DNA of 64,000 nt from an uncultured Alphaproteobacteria bacterium (GTDB lineage Bacteria > Pseudomonadota > Alphaproteobacteria > Rhodobacterales > Rhodobacteraceae): contig CAWBKU010000002.1 in NCBI GenBank assembly GCA_963789535.1, positions 9,046 to 73,045 of the forward strand. Reading direction: 5' to 3'. A model generated the notes under the pieces. The model saw only the letters and a list, made by a program, of their open reading frames with translations. It made no database searches and was not told where the DNA came from. Below are positions 57,660 to 64,000 of the stretch, in pieces. The position numbers were made by a program, and so were the translations under genes. Each line of letters opens with the position of its first letter. Within the stretch, counting starts at the first letter, position 1.

Positions 57660-58268
57660 TCAGGTGGCGACGTAGCGGTCGCGGCGGTGGTTGACGGCGA
57701 TCACGAGGTTGAGGACGAGTGCGCCGAGGAGCGACCACAGGACCACCGGGACGGGGAACAGGAACGCGGCGACGGCGAAGATCGCGGCGTCTGCGATGAG
57801 CTGAACATAGCCCGCGCGAAATCCCGTGCGGTCCTGAACGATGAGCGCGACCACGCCGAGACCGCCGAGCGAACCGCCATGGCGGAACAGCGCCAGAAGG
57901 CCCGCGCCCGACACGCTCCCGAAGGCGAGGGCGGCGAGCCAGGGCGAGAGGGCCGCAAACTCGAACCGGCCCGGCAGGATCGCGCTGACGACCGACAGGA
58001 CCGTGACGCAGAGGATGGATTTGAGGGTGAAGACGGACCCGAGCCGAAAGTAGGCGAGGACGTAGAACGGCAGGTTGATGACGAAGAACGCCGCTCCGAA
58101 GGACCAGTCGGTCAGATAGGAGACGATGACCGCAATCCCGGCGGTCTGGCCGGTGACGAGACCGGCGGTGGTCAGGATGTGCAGGCCGATCCCGGCCATG
58201 AAGGCGCCCATGACGATGCCCTGTGCGTCATCGAGGGGCGTGTGTTTCGCAGATGGGGTATCCGGCAT
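57660..58268 (-). CDS. YitT family membrane protein
   Basis: 202 aa with about six TM helices and G.TAG.A...SY pattern. Confidence 0.7.
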   Translation of the reverse strand: MPDTPSAKHTPLDDAQGIVMGAFMAGIGLHILTTAGLVTGQTAGIAVIVSYLTDWSFGAAFFVINLPFYVLAYFRLGSVFTLKSILCVTVLSVVSAILPGRFEFAALSPWLAALAFGSVSGAGLLALFRHGGSLGGLGVVALIVQDRTGFRAGYVQLIADAAIFAVAAFLFPVPVVLWSLLGALVLNLVIAVNHRRDRYVAT

Positions 58269-58359
58269 GGGCGGCAGCTAGGTCACTTTGGCTGACCTGT
58301 CCAGAGTGGCGGGGACAGGACCGGTCCGCGACCGGCCCCGTTCCCCGACGCGCGCGCGA

Positions 58360-59568
58360 CTACAGCGCCTTTGCCAGATATTCGTCGACCTTCTCGAGAT
58401 AGCCGATGGTGGTCAGCCATTTCTGGTCCGGCCCGACCAGCAGCGCCAGATCCTTGGTCATGTGGCCGTCCTCGACCGCCTGCACGGTCACGCGCTCCAG
58501 CGTCTCGGCGAATTTCGCCAGCTCGGCATTGTCGTCGAGCTTGGCGCGGTGCTTGAGACCGCCCGACCACGCATAGATCGACGCGATCGAATTGGTCGAG
58601 GTGGCCTTGCCCTGCTGGTGCTGGCGGTAGTGGCGGGTGACGGTGCCGTGCGCGGCCTCTGCCTCGACGGTCTGGCCGTCGGGCGTCATCAGAACGGACG
58701 TCATCAGGCCGAGCGAGCCGAAGCCCTGCGCCACGGTATCTGACTGCACGTCGCCGTCATAGTTCTTGCACGCCCAGACGTAACCGCCCGACCATTTCAT
58801 CGCGCTGGCGACCATGTCGTCGATCAGGCGGTGCTCGTAGGTGATCCCCGCCTTCCTGAACCTGTCGGCGAATTCCTCGTCGAACACCTGCTGGAACAGG
58901 TCCTTGAACCGGCCGTCATAGGCCTTCAGGATCGTGTTCTTGGTCGACAGATACACCGGCCAGCCCTTGACGAGGCCGTAGTTCATCGAGGCGCGGGCAA
59001 AGTCGAGGATCGACTGGTCGAGGTTGTACATCGCCATCGTCACGCCGGCGCCGGGCGCGTCGAAGACCTCGCGCTCGATCGTCTCGCCGTCCTCGCCGAC
59101 GAACTTGATCGTCAGTTTGCCGGGTCCGGGAAAGCGGAAGTCGGTCGCGCGGTACTGGTCGCCATAGGCGTGGCGCCCGACGACGATGGGCTTGGTCCAG
59201 CCGGGAACGAGGCGCGGAACGTTGCGGCAGATGATCGGCTCGCGAAATATCACGCCGCCGAGGATGTTGCGGATCGTGCCGTTCGGGCTGCGCCACATCT
59301 TCTTGAGGCCGAATTCCTCTACCCGGTCCTCGTCGGGGGTGATCGTGGCGCATTTCACGCCGACGCCGTGTCGCTTGATCGCCTCGGCGGCGTCGACGGT
59401 GATCTGGTCGTCGGTGCGGTCGCGCTCCTCGATGCCGAGGTCGTAGTATTTCAGGTCGATGTCGAGGTAGGGCAGGATCAGTTTCTGCTTGATGAAATCC
59501 CAGATGATGCGGGTCATTTCGTCGCCGTCGAGTTCGACGATCGCGTTGGCTACCTTGATCTTCGACAT
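58360..59568 (-). CDS. icd: NADP-dependent isocitrate dehydrogenase (eukaryote-like dimeric type)
   Basis: 402 aa from MSKIKV. Contains [40 protein letters not shown] and TSTNSIASI. Confidence 0.95.
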   Translation of the reverse strand: MSKIKVANAIVELDGDEMTRIIWDFIKQKLILPYLDIDLKYYDLGIEERDRTDDQITVDAAEAIKRHGVGVKCATITPDEDRVEEFGLKKMWRSPNGTIRNILGGVIFREPIICRNVPRLVPGWTKPIVVGRHAYGDQYRATDFRFPGPGKLTIKFVGEDGETIEREVFDAPGAGVTMAMYNLDQSILDFARASMNYGLVKGWPVYLSTKNTILKAYDGRFKDLFQQVFDEEFADRFRKAGITYEHRLIDDMVASAMKWSGGYVWACKNYDGDVQSDTVAQGFGSLGLMTSVLMTPDGQTVEAEAAHGTVTRHYRQHQQGKATSTNSIASIYAWSGGLKHRAKLDDNAELAKFAETLERVTVQAVEDGHMTKDLALLVGPDQKWLTTIGYLEKVDEYLAKAL

Positions 59569-59744
59569 AGGGTCCTCGGTGCTGGCATTCAGGGTCGCGC
59601 GTCTCTTAGCGCAGATGCGCCCGCGCGGAAAGCCGCGATCCGGACCGTCCGGGACCATGCGAATGGCGCGCCCCCGGGGGGGGACGCGCCAGGGCAGGCC
59701 GGTCTCTGGAGGGGGCGCCGGCCCGCGACCGGCGGGGCCGGGGT

Positions 59745-60158
59745 CTACTCGGCGGTGATGACGGCCATCACGAGGTTGCCGTCCATCCGGAACGGGCCGT
59801 CCTCGGTCGCACCCAGCGTGTATTCGAACACGCCGGTCGCCATGCCGCCCTCTTCGCCGTGGACCATGAGCATCAGCATGTCGCCGGGTGCCACGTCCTC
59901 CTGAAGGATGGCGGCGACGTCTGTATTGTCGCCCATCCGCAGCGGCGCATAGCCGACGACGGGGCCGGGGGCCATGTCGGCATCGGTGCGGTGCACCACC
60001 ATCCAGCCGTTGGCGGGCGCCATCACCATCCCGGCGCTGACGACGCCGTTGGCGACGGATTGGTCCGCGGCATCGACCATCGACATCTCGTGGGCGGCGG
60101 CAAGGGCGACCGTGCCGAGGGTCGCGGCGGCGGCAGCAAGGGTAAAGGTGCGGATCAT
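59745..60158 (-). CDS. secreted hypothetical protein
   Basis: 137 aa from [15 protein letters not shown] (signal peptide). No family firmly recognised. Confidence 0.6.
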   Translation of the reverse strand: MIRTFTLAAAAATLGTVALAAAHEMSMVDAADQSVANGVVSAGMVMAPANGWMVVHRTDADMAPGPVVGYAPLRMGDNTDVAAILQEDVAPGDMLMLMVHGEEGGMATGVFEYTLGATEDGPFRMDGNLVMAVITAE

Positions 60159-60422
60159 CGTATTCCTCCTGGATGTCGCGCCGTTCATCGGCGCTGATGG
60201 GGGCAACCACGTTCAGACCCGCCGAAGAGTTTCACCGCGCCGCCGATATTCCGGATCCGCCGCCGCCGCGGCGATCGGGACCGCCGCGCGTCATGCCGTC
60301 GCCCCTAGCTGCCCTTCGGTCACACCCGGGGCCCGGTCCGGTCGACCGGGTCGTCGCGTCTCGACGGCGGTGCGGCGGATCGATGGGCCGCCTGTCCGCC
60401 GAAGGCGGGGCCGGGCCGTGCC

Positions 60423-60998
60423 TCAGCGGCCCCCGAACCATGCGTCGATGCGATCCTTCATGTGTGCCCACAGCGCGGGCGCGCCGCGCCGCACCTTCGA
60501 TCCCACGCGCGCCTCGAGCATCTGCGGCGTCACCCCGTATTCGGACCATGTGCCGCCGCCACTCTCGAGGTTGGACATCACCGGCTGCACCCGGTCGATG
60601 GACTTGGCGAAGATCGCGTCGTCGCTCTCGGCAGCCTCGAATTCGTCCCAGAGGGCGCGGTAGGCGGCCCCCTGATCGGCGGGCAGCAGGCCGAACAGAC
60701 GGTCGGCGGCGGCGGCCTCGATGCGCGCCATCTCTACCGGATCGTGGTCGCCGTGGATCGGGTTGTCGCCCGCGTCGATCTCGACCAGATCGTGCAGCAA
60801 CAGCATCCGCAACACCCGGTCGATCCGCACGGGCCGGACCGCGTGCTCTGCCATCGTCAGGGCATAGAGCATGATGTGCCAGGAATGCTCGGCCGAATTC
60901 TCGCGCCGCGAGGCATCGTTCAGCGTGGTCCCGCGCAGCACCGACTTGAGCCTGTCCGCCTCGTTCAGAAAGGCGAACTGGGCAGTCAGCCGGTCCAT
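60423..60998 (-). CDS. HD domain protein (YfbR-like 5'-deoxynucleotidase family)
   Basis: Contains R.ENSAEHSWH ... LLHDLVEIDAGD motifs. Confidence 0.85.
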   Translation of the reverse strand: MDRLTAQFAFLNEADRLKSVLRGTTLNDASRRENSAEHSWHIMLYALTMAEHAVRPVRIDRVLRMLLLHDLVEIDAGDNPIHGDHDPVEMARIEAAAADRLFGLLPADQGAAYRALWDEFEAAESDDAIFAKSIDRVQPVMSNLESGGGTWSEYGVTPQMLEARVGSKVRRGAPALWAHMKDRIDAWFGGR

Positions 60999-61109
60999 GG
61001 CGATCCGCCCCGCGTCGCCGACGGATGATCGGGGCCGACACGCCCGGGATGGACGCGGGGCGTCACCTCCGCTGGTCCGCGTCGCCCGTCGATCCAGAGG
61101 GTCGCGCCA

Positions 61110-61412
61110 TCAGTGACCGCCCGCGCTGCCGTCTTCCTCGACGTTCATGATCTTGCGCGTCGAGAGATCCATCTTCTGGCGTTTCTGTCCGCTGGCCCGC
61201 GCCGCCTCGAGCTTCTGCTCGAGGGCGACGTGGCCGCGCCGGATCGCGAGGCGGACCCGGACCGCGGTCATGAAGATTTCCTGACTGGTCTGCGAGGTCG
61301 AGCCGATCATCTTGGCGATCTGTTCGATCAGTTCCGGCTCGCCCAGTTCCTCGGCGGCGGCGATGGTGGCCTGCGCCAGATCGTCGGCCAGCTTTTCGAC
61401 GATGTCGCTCAT
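61110..61412 (-). CDS. small hypothetical protein (100 aa)
   Basis: ATG 61412 with AAGGAG 6 nt upstream. Helical and charged. No family recognised. Confidence 0.6.
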   Translation of the reverse strand: MSDIVEKLADDLAQATIAAAEELGEPELIEQIAKMIGSTSQTSQEIFMTAVRVRLAIRRGHVALEQKLEAARASGQKRQKMDLSTRKIMNVEEDGSAGGH

Positions 61413-61434
61413 CGGGGTCTCCTTGTCGTGAACA

Positions 61435-62271
61435 TCAGGGGCGGGGCGGAAACCCGGCCAGCGCTTCGTTGATCCGCATCCAGTCGATGACCGGGTCGAT
61501 GGGACCGCCCGCGCCGAGCCACCGGCGCAACACCAAAAGGTCGCGTGCACCGACATAGGCCTGCATCTCGGCCTCCGTCACCGGCGTCTCGCGCAGGCCA
61601 CGATACCCTTCCCAGCCATCGAAGGGCAGCCGGTAGGTGCCGGGGGCGAGATCGACCCGTTCGATCCAGACGGCAAGCACGAAGGGCAACTCGTGGTAAA
61701 GGGCCATGTAGCCCGCCTCGCGCGCGGGCGGCAGGTCGAAGGTGCCCGTCGCGTCCAGCGGCACTTCCTCGCCCAGAGCCAGCGCGATGTCGGCCTCCGT
61801 GTAGTGATAGTTTCCGAAAGGATATTTGAAGTCGATGTATCCTTGACGCCACCAGGCCCGCGCGAGGAGGCGGCGATGCTCCGGCAGGACGGCGATTTCC
61901 GCGGGGGCCACGACCGGGAACGATCCGCTCAGGCGGTCGGGGTCGACCGGATAGGTCGCGTTCTCGAGGCTGCCGTGCAGCATCATCGCCAGCAGAACCC
62001 TCTCGAACCGGGACGCGCGGGCGCCGGTCCCGAGGAAGTCGGCAAAACTTCCGACCGTCTCGCCGGGCGGCAGCAGCATCGGCGCGCCGGCCTCGGCGAA
62101 GGTCCAGGCGACGGTCGTGCCGCGAAACCAGGCGATGTCCTCGGCGGTGATGGCGACCGGCTCGGGAAAGTCGAGGTCGTCGGGGCCCGCCGCGACCGGC
62201 CCGCCGACCAGCCCCAGGACAAGCGCCGCGGCTGCGACCAACCGCGCCATTCCCATGCGCCCATATCCCAT
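61435..62271 (-). CDS. secreted hypothetical protein (start 62250 or 62271)
   Basis: 278-aa ORF with the signal-like ARLVAAAALVLGLVGGPVAA. No family recognised. Confidence 0.6.
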   Translation of the reverse strand: MGYGRMGMARLVAAAALVLGLVGGPVAAGPDDLDFPEPVAITAEDIAWFRGTTVAWTFAEAGAPMLLPPGETVGSFADFLGTGARASRFERVLLAMMLHGSLENATYPVDPDRLSGSFPVVAPAEIAVLPEHRRLLARAWWRQGYIDFKYPFGNYHYTEADIALALGEEVPLDATGTFDLPPAREAGYMALYHELPFVLAVWIERVDLAPGTYRLPFDGWEGYRGLRETPVTEAEMQAYVGARDLLVLRRWLGAGGPIDPVIDWMRINEALAGFPPRP

Positions 62272-62274
62272 CCT

Positions 62275-62928
62275 CTAGCGAGACGTCTCGGTCATGCGGC
62301 GGCGGACATAGCCGGTGACACTCGCGTTGAGGTGATCCATGTAATCGTCCTCGAAGAAGTGGCCCGCCCCCTCGACGACCTCGTGGGTGATGGTGATCCC
62401 CTTCTGCTCGTGCAGCTTGTTCACCAAAGTGACCGTATCGGCGGGCGGGGCCACGCGGTCGGCAGAGCCGTTGATCACGAGGCCCGAGGACGGGCAGGGC
62501 GCGAGAAACGAGAAGTCGTACATGTTGGCGGGCGGGGCGACCGAGATGAAGCCGGTGATCTCGGGGCGGCGCATCAGGAGCTGCATCCCGATCCAGGCGC
62601 CGAACGAGAATCCGGCCACCCAGCAATGCTTGGAATTGTTGTTCATCGATTGCAGGTAGTCGAGCGCGCTCGCCGCGTCCGAGAGTTCGCCGATACCCTG
62701 ATCGTATTCGCCCTGACTGCGCCCGACCCCGCGGAAATTGAACCGCAGGACGGTGAAGCCCATGTTCTTGAAGGCATAGTGCAGGTTGTAGACGACGCGA
62801 TTGTTCATCGTGCCGCCGAACTGCGGGTGCGGATGCAGGATGATCGCGATCGGCGCGTCGCGCTCCTTTTGCGGGTGGTATCGGCCTTCGATGCGGCCGT
62901 CGGGGCCGGGAAAGATGACTTCGGGCAT
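62275..62928 (-). CDS. alpha/beta hydrolase
   Basis: 217 aa with the nucleophile elbow GFSFGA and LRFNFRGVG.S.G. Confidence 0.85.
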   Translation of the reverse strand: MPEVIFPGPDGRIEGRYHPQKERDAPIAIILHPHPQFGGTMNNRVVYNLHYAFKNMGFTVLRFNFRGVGRSQGEYDQGIGELSDAASALDYLQSMNNNSKHCWVAGFSFGAWIGMQLLMRRPEITGFISVAPPANMYDFSFLAPCPSSGLVINGSADRVAPPADTVTLVNKLHEQKGITITHEVVEGAGHFFEDDYMDHLNASVTGYVRRRMTETSR

Positions 62929-63190
62929 GAACGCTCCATAAAGGCCGGGGCCGGACCCTGCGGTGGATCGGCGGCCCCGCGGGGACTTGCGGCCCTCGAT
63001 TTCTTCGGCCGGTTTCGTTGACAGAAACGCTCGGCTATCTTAGAACCATTCTAATCTGCGGACCGGGGCTTCCCCGTGCCACGCTCCGGCCCGAGGTAGT
63101 GAACCCGGGCTGTCAGGTCAATGTCTTTGCGCCCCTGCGGCGCAACGGTCGGGGGACCGGAATCCCGGGCCCCACAATGAAGGTGTCGCG

Positions 63191-63649
63191 ATGAAGCTGT
63201 CGACCAAGGGACGCTATGCGATGGTGGCGCTGGCCGACCTCGCGCTGCAACCGGAGGGGGCGCTCGTCAGCCTGGGCGAGATTTCGCGGCGGCAGGACAT
63301 TTCGCTGGCCTACCTCGAGCAGTTGTTCGTGAAACTGCGGCGCGACGGTCTGGTCGACTCGGTGCGCGGCCCGGGCGGCGGGTATCGCCTTGCCCGGCGC
63401 GCGAGCGAAATCCGCGTGTCCGACATCCTCGCCGCCGTCGACGAGACGGTAAGTGCGATGCACACCGGCGCCGGTGCGTCCGGGGCGGTGTCGGGCAGCC
63501 GGGCTCAGTCGCTGACCAACCGCCTGTGGGAGGGGCTGAGCGCGCAGGTCTATGTTTTCCTGCACCAGACGCGGCTCTCGGACATCGTCGGCAATACGCT
63601 GGCGCCGTGCCCCGCCGTGCCGGGTCTGTTCGAGGTGGTGGACGGATGA
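63191..63649 (+). CDS. iscR: Rrf2 family transcriptional regulator (IscR-like)
   Basis: Starts [14 protein letters not shown], then [26 protein letters not shown]. Precedes a cysteine desulfurase gene. Confidence 0.85.
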   Translation: MKLSTKGRYAMVALADLALQPEGALVSLGEISRRQDISLAYLEQLFVKLRRDGLVDSVRGPGGGYRLARRASEIRVSDILAAVDETVSAMHTGAGASGAVSGSRAQSLTNRLWEGLSAQVYVFLHQTRLSDIVGNTLAPCPAVPGLFEVVDG

Positions 63650-64000
63650 GCGGCCGGGTCTACCTCGATCACAATGCAAGCGTGCCGCTGCGCGCCGAGG
63701 CCCGCGCGGCGATGATCGCGGCGCTGGAGGCGGGCGGCAATCCGTCGTCGGTCCATGCCGAGGGGCGCGCGGCCAAGGCCATCGTCGAACGGGCGCGGGC
63801 GCAGGTGGCCGAGGCCGTCGGCTGCGCGCCGGGCGAGGTGGTGTTCACCTCGGGCGCGACCGAGGCCGCGTCTGTGCTGGCGATGGCCGAACATGACGTG
63901 ACGGTCGAGGCCACCGCGCACGACGCGCTCTGGGCGCATCGGCGCGAGACGGGGGCGGCGCGGCGCATCCTCGCCACCGGCATCGCGAACGGCGAGACCG
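63646..64000 (+). CDS. cysteine desulfurase (NifS/IscS-like), 3' end cut by the window edge
   Basis: ATG 63646 overlaps the iscR stop (ATGA). Translation [12 protein letters not shown]......M........GNPSS.H..GR.A......AR..VA...G....[11 protein letters not shown] is the class V N-terminus. Not in the ORF track because it is open-ended. Confidence 0.8.
   Translation, partial: MSGRVYLDHNASVPLRAEARAAMIAALEAGGNPSSVHAEGRAAKAIVERARAQVAEAVGCAPGEVVFTSGATEAASVLAMAEHDVTVEATAHDALWAHRRETGAARRILATGIANGET

Overview
High-GC (about 65-70%) alphaproteobacterial chromosome segment, most likely Rhodobacteraceae. Supporting this: a circularly permuted two-piece tmRNA, a CckA-type hybrid kinase, a trgA-trgB-cysK tellurite-resistance locus, and a GTTC-N7-GTTC SOS box before recA. 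About 52 kb is densely packed core metabolism and information processing: murA, hisD, infA, maf, zwf-pgl-pgi, guaB, rsmB, cckA, ssrA, phr, cysK, recA, alaS, typA, icd, iscR. The exception is a roughly 12-kb accessory tract (about 8.06-20.25 kb) inserted at the 3' end of tRNA-Phe. It has two parts. (1) A 6.8-kb integrative element bounded by a perfect 16-bp direct repeat of the tRNA 3' end. It carries int, xis, a short phage head-gene operon including an in-frame portal::capsid chimera, a divergent promoter region, a truncated primase-like gene, and a compositionally foreign low-GC cassette. That cassette encodes a single DUF4062/TIR-like + coiled-coil + unknown-domain protein and is my top candidate for an undescribed anti-phage or abortive-infection module. 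(2) A decay zone holding an intact IS66 element with inverted repeats and target duplication, an IS3 remnant, a multiply frameshifted DUF305 pseudogene and a glutaredoxin-MauE gene. Other oddities: single-base frameshifts in a DUF2948 gene (reads through into hisD) and in pgi, a 26-bp tandem duplication forming a relay of ATGA-coupled mini-ORFs before an RNase E/G-like gene, a family of double stem-loop intergenic elements, and a perfect 16-bp palindrome in front of zwf. All family assignments come from motif recognition by eye; no database search was possible.
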